Virus record (IMG/VR): IMGVR_UViG_3300042556_003278
DNA: 64,000 bases
Source of the DNA: an uncultured virus (IMG/VR IMGVR_UViG_3300042556_003278)
Taxonomy: Duplodnaviria; Heunggongvirae; Uroviricota; Caudoviricetes
Reading direction: 5' to 3' (one strand)
The notes beneath the pieces were generated by a model. It was not told where the DNA came from, made no database searches, and saw only the letters and a list, made by a program, of their open reading frames with translations. This document shows, one piece after another, positions 18,327 to 27,932 of the stretch; within the stretch, counting starts at the first letter, position 1; the number at the start of each line of letters is the position of its first letter. The translations under genes were made by a program, and so were the position numbers.

Positions 18327-18638
18327 CCAACCAAAGCAGAAGTCGCGGAAGCGGGCAGCTTCGCGGGCCTTAAAGCCTACGAATCCGGCCAGTTTGACGC
18401 GGATAACGATGCCGCGGCGGAATACGAGCGGTCGGAACAACTCTTTGAGGAGTCCGACCCGAACGACCTCCGCATGCGGTTCAACCAGCAAATCAGCCGG
18501 CTCCAAAAAACCGAGTCCGATGCCTACATCGTGGGTCGCCTGTCAGCAATGATCGGGTTCGCCCTGCAAGCCTCGCACTACGCACCGCTGACCAAGCACA
18601 ACATGGAAATCTACTTCGCACTGAAGGAGGCAGCATGA
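18318..18638 (+). CDS. Hypothetical early protein (MRN start)
   Basis: Directly after repeated promoter. Confidence 0.6.
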   Translation: MRNPTKAEVAEAGSFAGLKAYESGQFDADNDAAAEYERSEQLFEESDPNDLRMRFNQQISRLQKTESDAYIVGRLSAMIGFALQASHYAPLTKHNMEIYFALKEAA

Positions 18639-18835
18639 AAAAAAACAACACGCAAGCGGCAGCCTACCGCGTGGCCAGCAAAGCCACCTGCGACAATCCG
18701 GTGAGCATCATGCTCCTTGGCAAAGTCAGCAAGTTCGCCGCGGACCGGCTGGCGGAAGGTTTGTCAGAGGATGACGCAGTGGCCTCGACGGCCGACTACA
18801 TCCGGCAACTCAACGGCGAAAAGGAGGCGGCATGA
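18635..18835 (+). CDS. Hypothetical early protein
   Basis: SD and ATGA coupling. Confidence 0.55.
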   Translation: MKKNNTQAAAYRVASKATCDNPVSIMLLGKVSKFAADRLAEGLSEDDAVASTADYIRQLNGEKEAA

Positions 18836-18988
18836 CCGGCAGCATCCACTTCAAAGACTTCACGGACCTGATAAACTTCCTCCAAGAGTATTCAGCGTGG
18901 GGCTTGAAAACAGAGTTCGAGATCACAGTGCGCAATCACCACGACATCATGCTGGTTTTTGTGCCCAAGGAGCAGTAAGAGACTAACC

Positions 18989-19144
18989 ATGAAGCTAACC
19001 TGTCACCAATGCGGGGCCACCATACCCCGCAATCGCGTTATGAAGGCTGCCATGTCCGCAGCCGGTTCCAAAACCAACCAAGCAAAAGCTGAAGCGGCTC
19101 GACGCAACGGCAAACTTGGGGGTCGCCCCAAAAAAGCGGTGTAA
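18989..19144 (+). CDS. Small basic protein with CxxC and NGKLGGRPK motif
   Basis: Motif common in small phage DNA-binding proteins. Confidence 0.5.
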   Translation: MKLTCHQCGATIPRNRVMKAAMSAAGSKTNQAKAEAARRNGKLGGRPKKAV

Positions 19145-19199
19145 AACAAAATAGTCAAAATGTTTGACACCTGACCGGTCCGGTCGCACGTTCCTCCCC

Positions 19200-19496
19200 A
19201 TGAAGGGGAAAAAGAAGGCGACCGACCGGTCCGCTTATTGGCAGCGTTACTACGCTGAAAACCTCGAACGTGAGCGCGCGCGCAAGCGCCAGTGGTATCT
19301 CGACAACCGGGATGACACCATCGAGCGCGTAAAAGCCAGCCAGCGCAAAGCTGACCCTATCGGGCCGGTCTATCGGGTTGGCATCAAACGCCGGTATCTC
19401 ATCGCCGGTGGCCGCGTTTACTTCAATTCCCGCTTGGGCTTCTCCGCATCGGAGCTTCGCCTAATCGCCCGCGAAATGGGGGCCGCTGCGAAATGA
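19200..19496 (+). CDS. Basic hypothetical protein upstream of attP
   Basis: TTGACA 36 nt upstream. Confidence 0.5.
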   Translation: MKGKKKATDRSAYWQRYYAENLERERARKRQWYLDNRDDTIERVKASQRKADPIGPVYRVGIKRRYLIAGGRVYFNSRLGFSASELRLIAREMGAAAK

Positions 19497-19498
19497 CC

Positions 19499-19648
19499 TT
19501 TTTCTCACTCCGCGGTTTCTTTTCTCACTTGATAGAGAGGCGAGGGTCGGAATCGAACCGACGCATAGGGCTTTTGCAGAGCCCGGCCTTACCCATCTCT
19601 GTAGAGCATGAAAAATCCTACACTGTCATTTCTCACCTTTTCTCACAT
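19499..19648. mobile_element. attP: tRNA-Cys core flanked by four TTTCTCAC arm-type repeats
   Basis: TTTCTCAC at ~19501, 19521, 19629, 19639 around a tRNA fragment, next to integrase. Confidence 0.8.
19538..19594 (-). tRNA. Partial (3') tRNA-Cys(GCA), attP core; 5' acceptor strand absent
   Basis: Reverse complement: GGGCT-CTGCAAA-AGCCC anticodon arm, GTCGG-TTCGATT-CCGAC T arm, CCTCGCC acceptor strand. Confidence 0.85.
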
Positions 19649-19653
19649 ACCTA

Positions 19654-20670
19654 ATGGCCTCGCTGCATCGTCGCCACAATTCGAGCTATTGGCATGTGAG
19701 CTACCTCGAAGCCGGCCGATGGAAAAAGAAATCCACCGGCTACCGGTGCGACGATCCCGACGAGACGCGAAAGGCCCAAGCCTTGGCCGCGAAGCTGACA
19801 TGCCAAGAGAATTTGGCGCCGGCCGCCGCGACAACGCCCGGATGGGATTGGGTGCCGGCTTTTATCAAAACAGTCGCCCGCGCGCCTCGAACGCTCGAAG
19901 CCTACCGGCTGCGATGGCGGCGAGTTCTGCAATTCCTGATCGAGCACGACCTGAAACACCCGCAATCACTTCGATACGAACACGCGGAAGCCTATTTGCG
20001 ATGGCGCGAGGCCCAAAAACGCCATGCCGGCAAGCCGATTTGCCACAACACAGCGGTCATGGAGGCCAAGTTCATGAAAACCGTGCTGGCCGAAGCCGCT
20101 CTGCGCGAAATGGTAGATCGCAACCCATGGGCCGCCTTCCGGCCTCGCAAAGACGATACGGACGAGAAACCGGAAATCACAGCAACCGAGCGCGCCACGA
20201 TCGAGCGCGCCCTGGAGTCGGCACCGCCCTGGATGCGCCGGTCATGGCAAATCGCCATGGCGACCGGATGCCGGTTGCGCGAGACGCGCATCGAGATACG
20301 CCGGCAGATAAACTTCGAGGAAGGCACAATCTTGTTCCCTTCGCCCAAAGGCGGGCGCCGGAAGGCTTACGCGATTCCGCTCCCCAAATCTCTCCGGCCG
20401 GCTTTCGAGGCGTGGCTGGCCGCTGGCGACCGGTGGACCCTGACCATGCCGCCCTGCCCCTCGAAGGATTGGCGGTTTTTCCTCGATGACTTGGCCATGC
20501 CTCACCTGTGCTTCCACTGCACTCGCGTCACTTTCATTACCAAGCTGGCGCGGGCCAACGTGCCGATGGCCGTGGCGATGCGGCTGGTGAACCACGCGAG
20601 CAAGACGATCCATCGGATATACCAGAGGATAAACCTCGATGACCTACGCCAATGGGCCGAAAAGATATGA
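19654..20670 (+). CDS. int: Tyrosine recombinase / integrase
   Basis: ATGCRLRE, K, HCTR, LVNH, Y catalytic set. Confidence 0.92.
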   Translation: MASLHRRHNSSYWHVSYLEAGRWKKKSTGYRCDDPDETRKAQALAAKLTCQENLAPAAATTPGWDWVPAFIKTVARAPRTLEAYRLRWRRVLQFLIEHDLKHPQSLRYEHAEAYLRWREAQKRHAGKPICHNTAVMEAKFMKTVLAEAALREMVDRNPWAAFRPRKDDTDEKPEITATERATIERALESAPPWMRRSWQIAMATGCRLRETRIEIRRQINFEEGTILFPSPKGGRRKAYAIPLPKSLRPAFEAWLAAGDRWTLTMPPCPSKDWRFFLDDLAMPHLCFHCTRVTFITKLARANVPMAVAMRLVNHASKTIHRIYQRINLDDLRQWAEKI

Positions 20671-20883
20671 GCCACGAAGAACACACCAGAGAACTTGCCT
20701 ACGCCCTGCGCGTGATGCTGGCCGTTTATTGCGGCGAAGACGGCAAAACGCGGGAGGATTGCTGGCGCGCTGCGGAACTGGCCGCGGAAACATTGAGCAA
20801 GTGGGGCCATGAGGTTCCGGTGAACTGTCGAAAGGATTGACAGTTTCAAGGGTGGGGGAAAATTGCCGCCCCCCTTGCAAATA

Positions 20884-20932
20884 CCGGTTGACCAAAACCC
20901 ATCTGTTGGGTATGTATAGGCGTATGAGAAAC
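20884..20932 (+). promoter_or_regulatory. Repeated early promoter, copy 2
   Basis: See copy 1; ACCCA-N5-TGGGT in spacer. Confidence 0.8.
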
Positions 20933-21115
20933 AAAGCAACACTGAAAGCCCTGATGGATCACCCGATGTTCGAGGACCATCCGCAGCATGCCGCCTACAC
21001 AGCGCGCATCGCATCACTGGAGGCCGATGGCCTGACAACCTCTGACGCCCAAGGCACCGCAGACGCCGAATACCGGTTCGGATTCTTCAACCTGATCGGA
21101 AAGGAGGCCGCATGA
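20924..21115 (+). CDS. Hypothetical early protein (MRN start)
   Basis: After repeated promoter. Confidence 0.55.
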   Translation: MRNKATLKALMDHPMFEDHPQHAAYTARIASLEADGLTTSDAQGTADAEYRFGFFNLIGKEAA

Positions 21116-21627
21116 AGCTGGAACTGAAGAACATCAAACACGCCGCCTTCGCCAGTGAGGAAACTCACTGCTTCGAGGCGGTTCTCTACTTGGACGGCCA
21201 GCCGGTCGCCCACATCAGCAACGAGGGCCGCGGCGGATCTGACCATGTGGTGCCGCACGAACGCGCGCCCAAGGGCTTCTGGCGCAACTGGCGCGAGACA
21301 ATGGAAGCGATCGACGCCCACTTCGCCAACCTGCCCAAGAGTAAGCTGGATCTGGGAGACGGCCGGATCGTGGACATCGACCAAAGCCTCGAAATCTGGA
21401 CCAGCGAGCAAATCAACGAATGGTTAGCCCGCAAAGACTTCAAACGGCGGATGAAAGCCAAAATCTTGGCCAAGTTCGCAGACGGAATCTACGGCTGGAA
21501 AAAAGCACCGGCCCTCGACAAGCAAATCGCCCTGATCAAGCAAAAGTATGCGGCCGACAACATCACCATCCTCAACGAACTGGATGATGAGGCCGCCTTC
21601 GCAATCTATCGGGAGGCAACGAAATGA
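21112..21627 (+). CDS. Hypothetical phage protein
   Basis: SD; SEET.CF..NEGRGG motif. Confidence 0.65.
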   Translation: MKLELKNIKHAAFASEETHCFEAVLYLDGQPVAHISNEGRGGSDHVVPHERAPKGFWRNWRETMEAIDAHFANLPKSKLDLGDGRIVDIDQSLEIWTSEQINEWLARKDFKRRMKAKILAKFADGIYGWKKAPALDKQIALIKQKYAADNITILNELDDEAAFAIYREATK

Positions 21628-21844
21628 CCGACCAAATGCGCGCCAAGTTCGACGATCTGGCCGACTACATTGTGACCAGCATCAAATACAACATGCCGGT
21701 CACGAAACAGGACATGCGCTTCCTCGAAGCCTACAACGCCATGAGAAAGGCGCAGGATGCAATCGCGGCCGGTAAGCCGGTGCCGCGCTGCGGCCGCGCC
21801 GGCAAACGCAAAATCGTCCCGACCGGGCGCGGAAAATGAAAACA

Positions 21845-21894
21845 CCGGTTGACGAAAACCCAACTGCTGGGTATTATAGAAGCGTATGAGAAAC
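21845..21894 (+). promoter_or_regulatory. Repeated early promoter, copy 3
   Basis: See copy 1. Confidence 0.8.
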
Positions 21895-22116
21895 GAAAAA
21901 ACCCTGAAAACCCTCGCGGACATCAAGGACGCGGTGCGCGCCGGACAATCGGTGCGCTGCGGGAACGACCTCTACCAAGTGGTCGAGACACGACAAGGCG
22001 ACGACTTCCAAATCGTCTGCCTCTTTAACGGATACGCCATCGGCCTCACCCACACTGACGGAGTGACGCTGAACGGCAGGATCGAGGAGTTCTACGTCAA
22101 GGAGGACGCCGCCTAA
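21886..22116 (+). CDS. Hypothetical early protein (MRN start)
   Basis: After repeated promoter. Confidence 0.6.
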   Translation: MRNEKTLKTLADIKDAVRAGQSVRCGNDLYQVVETRQGDDFQIVCLFNGYAIGLTHTDGVTLNGRIEEFYVKEDAA

Positions 22117-22274
22117 TGAAAATCGTCCACAACCGACTCTTGGGCGGCTGGTTCATCGTCCGCGGGGCACACCAAACGCCCATCAGCGGCCGCTTCGACA
22201 GCAAACAACAGGCACAAGCCCACCTTAACCGGAGGCACCTGCCAGAACCCGACGAAACCTACCCAACACCAACG

Positions 22275-22303
22275 AGGGGAACCCGCATGACCGGTTCCCC
22301 TTT
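22275..22303 (+). terminator. Possible intrinsic terminator
   Basis: GGGGAACC-N9-GGTTCCCC followed by TTT. Confidence 0.4.
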
Positions 22304-22321
22304 CGCCAGAGGATACTGACC

Positions 22322-22597
22322 ATGAACAACACCCTATACCAACACCCGCACACGGCCGATCTGCGCCGAATGGGCTACGGCGACATTGCCGATGCCTTCG
22401 AGGCCAGCGGCTCCAGCAGCGAATCCCTGCCGCTGACCGATGACTACCGCGCCGACCAAGCCCTCGAACGCCGCATCCGCGCGGCCGCCAAATCCTTGGT
22501 CGAAGCCTACCCGCTCGGCTCCACCCTGCGCCCCTTAATCGAGCACATGGAACGGAGCTACCACCGCCGCATCTGGACACACCACTACGCTCCCTAA
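22322..22597 (+). CDS. Hypothetical protein
   Basis: ORF in early cluster. Confidence 0.5.
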   Translation: MNNTLYQHPHTADLRRMGYGDIADAFEASGSSSESLPLTDDYRADQALERRIRAAAKSLVEAYPLGSTLRPLIEHMERSYHRRIWTHHYAP

Positions 22598-22637
22598 CGA
22601 GTTGTCGAAAGGATTGACCACAGCGCCACAATCACCC

Positions 22638-23294
22638 ATGCGAGTGCTTGTGGCCTGTGAGTTCTCCGGCGCCGTCCGCGATGCCTTCACCGCCGCGGGA
22701 CACGAAGCATGGTCCTGCGACCTCCTGCCAACCACCACCGCGGGCAATCACTACCAAGGCGATGTCCGCGACATCCTTTACGACTCTTGGGATCTGCTCA
22801 TCGCCCACCCGCCTTGCACCTACCTCTGCTCCTCCGGCCTCCACTGGAACAATCGGCGCCCGGGGCGCGCGGCCCAAACTGAAGAAGCCCTCGCTTTCGT
22901 CCAACTCCTCCTCGATGCCCCGATCCACCGGATCGCGCTGGAAAACCCGACCGGCTGTATCGGCACCCGCATCCGCAAAGCCGACCAAGTAATCCAGCCG
23001 TATCAATTCGGCCACGATGCCAGCAAGGCCACTTGCCTCTGGCTCAAGAATCTTCCGCCCCTCGAACCCACCCAATACATCCATCCACGCCTCGTCAACG
23101 GACGCCCGCGCTGGAGCAATCAGACCGACAGCGGCCAAAACCGACTCGCACCCTCCGCAAACCGATGGGCCGAACGCTCCAAAACATACGAGGGAATCGC
23201 CGCCGCTATGGCAACACAATGGAATCAACCGGCAGAACCGCAGGGAATACAGGGGTTGTTAAGGGGTTTTTCCGCGGACCTGTCAAGCCTGTAG
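22638..23294 (+). CDS. Phage DNA cytosine methyltransferase-like protein
   Basis: MRVLVACEFSG, SCDL, HPPCTYL, ENP, K.TCLWL, RSKT motifs. Confidence 0.8.
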   Translation: MRVLVACEFSGAVRDAFTAAGHEAWSCDLLPTTTAGNHYQGDVRDILYDSWDLLIAHPPCTYLCSSGLHWNNRRPGRAAQTEEALAFVQLLLDAPIHRIALENPTGCIGTRIRKADQVIQPYQFGHDASKATCLWLKNLPPLEPTQYIHPRLVNGRPRWSNQTDSGQNRLAPSANRWAERSKTYEGIAAAMATQWNQPAEPQGIQGLLRGFSADLSSL

Positions 23295-23344
23295 TTGTCA
23301 AAAGGATTGCCAACAGAGGGATTTTCCGTTCACATCGCGCGCGC

Positions 23345-23842
23345 ATGGAGAACATCGAAGCCCCAAAAGCAAAACGAGGCCGGCCGGCTTTTCAATGGTC
23401 GGAGGAACTGGAAAAGGACATCTGCCGGGAAATCGCCATGGGCAGAACTATCCGCGAAATCTGCCAGACAGACGGCATGCCGAGTTGGCCGACCCTGCTC
23501 AATCACCTGCTGGAAAACCCTGAATTTGCTACACATTACACGCGCGCGCGCGAATTTTACGCTGAATACAGAAACGACGATTTCCGCTACGAGGGGAAAA
23601 TCAATCCCCCCACAACCCCAGAAGGAGTAGCCAATCGCCGGATCGACCTGGATCACATGAAATGGGAGCTATCCAAGCATGCTCCCAAGAAATTCGGGGA
23701 CAAGATCGCCATGGAGCATGAGCACCAGCACAAGTTTATCCCGCTCGATGAACTGGAGGCCAAGCTGAACAAAATCGAACTGGAAGAAAACCGGCTGGTG
23801 AAGCTCGAAGGGCCGGCCGCCCCAGAAAACCCCGCGGAATGA
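23345..23842 (+). CDS. terS: Terminase small subunit (Sf6-like)
   Basis: GRP..ICREIAMGRTIREIC..MPS..Y.RAR..KWELSK.APKKFGDK. Confidence 0.85.
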   Translation: MENIEAPKAKRGRPAFQWSEELEKDICREIAMGRTIREICQTDGMPSWPTLLNHLLENPEFATHYTRAREFYAEYRNDDFRYEGKINPPTTPEGVANRRIDLDHMKWELSKHAPKKFGDKIAMEHEHQHKFIPLDELEAKLNKIELEENRLVKLEGPAAPENPAE

Positions 23843-24474
23843 GCCACCACTGCCTGAATGCCAGCGTTCCGCAGCACCTATACGGCTATGTGGACAAGCG
23901 ATTCCTGCACGGAATGGATGAGAAATACGCCGGCCAATACGAACCCTGCGTGATATTCGGGGTGACAAGCATCCCAAGCCGCGCTCTGCATTTTTCCATC
24001 CTCTGCGAGAGTGGCGCGCAATGGGCCAGGATGCCCCTCCACGCCCTTTTCCACCACAAACCCGCCGGACATACCCACCCCCTGACCGACCTGCAAATGT
24101 GGGACTGCCATGGATGGGATTTCAGCGTGACCCGCTACGAATACCTGCGGGAAATGGGCTGCGAATACCGGCGCCGAGACGGAAACCTGACCCCCGGTGC
24201 CTATTGGTTCACCCTCGATCACACCGACAACGGCTATTCACAGTATCCGCCGGAGCATAAGTGCTACCATTTGCTGCTCCTCGAAGATGGAACCGGCCAG
24301 ATAACGGCCCAACCGAACAACCGCATCCTTTGGCGCGACGATTCGTTCTGCAAGGCCGGCCATCCGCTCGACTATGCGGTGGTAGCCGAGGACACATGGC
24401 ATGCGGAAATGGGCAGGAACGCGCAGGAAACCGCTTTTACCAAGGATTCCGCGGGAAACGTGTCGAAAGCCTGA
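23839..24474 (+). CDS. Hypothetical His-rich phage protein between terS and terL
   Basis: ATGA coupling; WDC, EHK, QPNNR motifs. Confidence 0.65.
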   Translation: MSHHCLNASVPQHLYGYVDKRFLHGMDEKYAGQYEPCVIFGVTSIPSRALHFSILCESGAQWARMPLHALFHHKPAGHTHPLTDLQMWDCHGWDFSVTRYEYLREMGCEYRRRDGNLTPGAYWFTLDHTDNGYSQYPPEHKCYHLLLLEDGTGQITAQPNNRILWRDDSFCKAGHPLDYAVVAEDTWHAEMGRNAQETAFTKDSAGNVSKA

Positions 24475-24490
24475 ACATATCAGCCACTAT

Positions 24491-26320
24491 ATGTCTAAAA
24501 AACCCCAAAAAGTAAGCATATCGGCCGGCAATTCCGTGGAATCTGACGGCATTGGCAGCAATCTCCAGGGAGAAACCACCGCCATGAGGGTCCGCCGGAA
24601 CCCAAAAGCATGGATGGAAACCTGCGCGACCATCCTCGACCGGTCCGGCCGGCTGATTACCCCCAAAGTAAACACTTTCCAGAAGCGGGTCATCGACATT
24701 TACCTCTGGTGCAGAAATGCCGGCGTTCCCTGCCGCATCATCATCCTAAAACCCCGCCGCAAAGGCTCCAGCACGGTATCGCTGGCCATTGGATACACCC
24801 ATTTGCGCAACTTCATGGCCTACGGCGCCATTCTGGGCGACGATCTGGGCACCACGGCCAAGCTGATGGAGTGCTGGAACCGGTATGTCGAAGCCGACCG
24901 GTTCAATCAGTGGGGAAATACCGCCAAGCAGAACCGGCGGGAGTTCAGCCACGGCAGCAAAGTCAGGGAAGAAACGGCCAACGATCCGCGGGCCGGCATG
25001 GGCGGCGACATCCATTTCCTGCTGGCATCAGAAGCCGCGCACTACCGCTCGAAGGGGAAAACCTCCGGCGAGTATGTGATGCAATCCATCATGAACTCCG
25101 TGCCCAACCTGCCGCAAAGCGTGGTCATCATGGAATCCACCCCGAACGGCGCCCAGGGCGTGTTCTACCAGACATGGCAGGCGGCCGCGGACTTCGAGGA
25201 CTTCAAAGCCGGCAAAACCGGCAACGGATATATCCGCGTATTTGCCCCATGGTTCGAGTTTGCCGACTCCGCATCCGACATTTCTCCAGGGGAAGCGCAC
25301 AACCTGATGGCCGATCTGGACTCTGCCAGCCAATACGCCGGCGAAAGGGAACTGGTCGATCGCTACCAAGTCCCGCCGGCCAAGCTGAAATGGCGCCGGC
25401 AGGTCATTGATTCCCCTGCCTGTAACGGCGACCCGCGCAAATTCCTCCAAGAGTATCCGACCGATGCCATCACCTGCTTCCTACAATCCGGCCAGAACCG
25501 CTTTGATTTCGATGGGATGGTCAGCATAGCCAGCGCCATATCCCTCGCCCCAGAACCCCGCTACGGCATCCTCGAACAACCCGACAAGGCCGCCGCTCCT
25601 ACCTTTATCGAAACCTCCAAGGCCGAGGCATGGCTGCGCGTCTGGGAAACCCCGCATGAAGGCCGCCGATACATTGGCGCGGCCGACTTCATGACCGGGG
25701 AACAATCCATTGCCAGCCGCAGGGAAACCGACTGCCATGCTTGGGGCATTGCTCGCGCCCGATACACCGACAAGGAAAATGCCGACCATACTGCCATGCT
25801 TGCCGCGGCCGGCATGCCTGATGACCGCACCAAGGATCTCGACATCGTAGCCGAGCGCATCGCCATGACCTCCCACTGGTATGGAAGCTGCCTTGTCGCC
25901 CCAGAAATCAACAACCTGCACGGCATGATCGAGCTACTACGCCGGCACAAATGCAACGTCTGGAACCGAAAGAAAGCAGGCACAGGGAAAACCGTGCTGG
26001 TCCCAGGATTTCAGACCACAACCTCCAGCAAAAGGCAGGTGGTGGGAGAACTTGCCACCCTGATCCGCGAACAAGAACTCGACTTGCGATGCTCCCGCGC
26101 ACTGGCCGAACTGCGCAACTTCGTCACCCATCCCGATGGGACAGAAGCCGCCGGAGATGGTTGGCATGACGATTGGGTGATGATGCTGGCCATCCTCGCC
26201 CACGTTCTGCCGGCCGCCGCTCCCATGGAATCCCTCGAAGCCAAGCTGACCCGCGAGCAGCGCCGGATCAACCACTACGCTTCCCGCCGCACCGGATCAC
26301 TGCCGGCCGAATGTTCGTAG
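24491..26320 (+). CDS. terL: Terminase large subunit
   Basis: KPRRKGSST, SEAAH, ESTPNG ATPase motifs; nuclease D and HDD. Confidence 0.92.
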   Translation: MSKKPQKVSISAGNSVESDGIGSNLQGETTAMRVRRNPKAWMETCATILDRSGRLITPKVNTFQKRVIDIYLWCRNAGVPCRIIILKPRRKGSSTVSLAIGYTHLRNFMAYGAILGDDLGTTAKLMECWNRYVEADRFNQWGNTAKQNRREFSHGSKVREETANDPRAGMGGDIHFLLASEAAHYRSKGKTSGEYVMQSIMNSVPNLPQSVVIMESTPNGAQGVFYQTWQAAADFEDFKAGKTGNGYIRVFAPWFEFADSASDISPGEAHNLMADLDSASQYAGERELVDRYQVPPAKLKWRRQVIDSPACNGDPRKFLQEYPTDAITCFLQSGQNRFDFDGMVSIASAISLAPEPRYGILEQPDKAAAPTFIETSKAEAWLRVWETPHEGRRYIGAADFMTGEQSIASRRETDCHAWGIARARYTDKENADHTAMLAAAGMPDDRTKDLDIVAERIAMTSHWYGSCLVAPEINNLHGMIELLRRHKCNVWNRKKAGTGKTVLVPGFQTTTSSKRQVVGELATLIREQELDLRCSRALAELRNFVTHPDGTEAAGDGWHDDWVMMLAILAHVLPAAAPMESLEAKLTREQRRINHYASRRTGSLPAECS

Positions 26321-26367
26321 GTTGCTGAAATAATTGACAGCGATTTGCATGGTCATAGCGTGAGGCA

Positions 26368-26826
26368 ATGCAACAGAGTCTTGGAGATTATGTCCGCGGG
26401 ACAATGACACTCGACGAACGCGCGGAGTTGGCAAGACTCAAGCGCGAACGTCCAGATTTGGCTACTCCGATTGGAGGCAAGGGGCCAACGACCGAAGAAT
26501 CGCGCGCAAGCATGGGCCTTACTAATCGTTACAAAAATTCAGAAGTTGGCAAAAGTCATTTTGGATTCTCCACTTCAAGAAGCAATATTCCGTTGCAGTT
26601 GCGTGACCCATACGAATGGGAAATTTTGAGGCAACGCAAAAAGCGCGAGCTTGAAGCCTTCGACGCAAAAGATATTGCATTACAGCAGGCGGATAAAGGG
26701 GCTGCTTATGTGCTCAAAGAGCAAAACAAGCCAGCACAATCAAACCCATCTTTACAGACAGGTCGCCCCGATTACGACCGCGCCCGCAAGCCCAAGCGCG
26801 GATTGGCCGCACTTCGCAGCGTGTAG
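26368..26826 (+). CDS. Cassette protein 1, ends KRGLAALRSV
   Basis: Own TTGACA 34 nt upstream; shared C-terminal tag. Confidence 0.75.
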   Translation: MQQSLGDYVRGTMTLDERAELARLKRERPDLATPIGGKGPTTEESRASMGLTNRYKNSEVGKSHFGFSTSRSNIPLQLRDPYEWEILRQRKKRELEAFDAKDIALQQADKGAAYVLKEQNKPAQSNPSLQTGRPDYDRARKPKRGLAALRSV

Positions 26827-26886
26827 CCAAAAGAATTGACATGACTGCGCGCTGCGAGACAACTTCACCTTACTCTTATTACTCTT

Positions 26887-27330
26887 ATGATCTCAAATTC
26901 CATTCTCAATCAGCAGAATTTTGATTACACGCGGCCCAATACCAGCGACCGCACTTGGCTGATTGACCAGACAGTGAAAGCCAATCAATCAGCGAGCCGC
27001 AGTTTACGCACGCGTCCGAGCGCAGGATCTTTCAACATTAACACAGGGATTGGTCCAACGCCTGCGCCATATAATCCTTCTCAACAGATACCTAAAACGC
27101 CATATAATCCTTCTCAACAGATACCTAAAGGCATTGTTTCTAACCAGCGACCTTACTGGAGCTGGCAAATGCCGGCAAAACAACAAAGCAATAGGCCTGC
27201 ATCACCCAGCGTGACTCCAACCACCAGCTACCAAGGTTTTACCAGCAAGGCTGCTTACGACAAAGCCATGTCCATGGCTCGCAGGGACAATCGCAAAGAA
27301 CGCAAGCTGTCATCGCTCCGCACAATGTAG
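26887..27330 (+). CDS. Cassette protein 2, ends ERKLSSLRTM
   Basis: Internal 33-bp duplication; shared tag. Confidence 0.7.
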   Translation: MISNSILNQQNFDYTRPNTSDRTWLIDQTVKANQSASRSLRTRPSAGSFNINTGIGPTPAPYNPSQQIPKTPYNPSQQIPKGIVSNQRPYWSWQMPAKQQSNRPASPSVTPTTSYQGFTSKAAYDKAMSMARRDNRKERKLSSLRTM

Positions 27331-27397
27331 TATCGCTCCGCACAATGTAGTCCAAAGAATTGACAGCTTTTCAGTCAACATCATCGAAACTGTTCTT

Positions 27398-27889
27398 ATG
27401 GCCGGCACAACACTCAGCGCACTTATGCGAGAGCAGCATATGCTTGACAATCAGAGGCAAAACGAACTTTTGGACGCTCGCAGGCTCCGCGCTTCTGACC
27501 CGCGCCGTGAACAAGTAAACGCAAAATACGAAACTACTGATTACCACAGAGACGCTATGCGGCGCCAACTGCTATTAGGCGCCGAACAACAGCAAAGCAT
27601 AGGCAACTGGACAAAAGGAACAGGAGAAGCAACAGAAGCAGCTAATTGGTATCGCGATAACTATCAAAGGCTCCGCGCTTCAAGCGCTGGTGGAGGTTCT
27701 TCTGCCGTTCGAGCCGCCGAACGGAATTTACAGATCCTTGCTCCATCTGTTCCAAAGCCATCACCTGTTCCGCCACTCCCATCTGTTCCAAACCCTTCAT
27801 CCACCCAACAACATGACTATTCTGGCTTGGCTCCAAACTATAAGCGAAATCGCAGCAAACGCGGTTTAGGCGCGCTGCGCGCTTTGTAG
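27398..27889 (+). CDS. Cassette protein 3, ends KRGLGALRAL
   Basis: Shared tag and boundary motif. Confidence 0.75.
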   Translation: MAGTTLSALMREQHMLDNQRQNELLDARRLRASDPRREQVNAKYETTDYHRDAMRRQLLLGAEQQQSIGNWTKGTGEATEAANWYRDNYQRLRASSAGGGSSAVRAAERNLQILAPSVPKPSPVPPLPSVPNPSSTQQHDYSGLAPNYKRNRSKRGLGALRAL

Positions 27890-27932
27890 TCAAAAGAATT
27901 GACAGCTTTTCAGGCTGCGAGAAAGTGCCGCC

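Noticed and set aside
19538..19594. Functional phage tRNA-Cys
   Set aside because: No 5' strand complementary to the acceptor stem; fits an attP core.
12300..22116. Many early proteins ending KEAA as a shared degron or tag
   Set aside because: Explained by the overlapping AAGGAGGC Shine-Dalgarno of the next gene.
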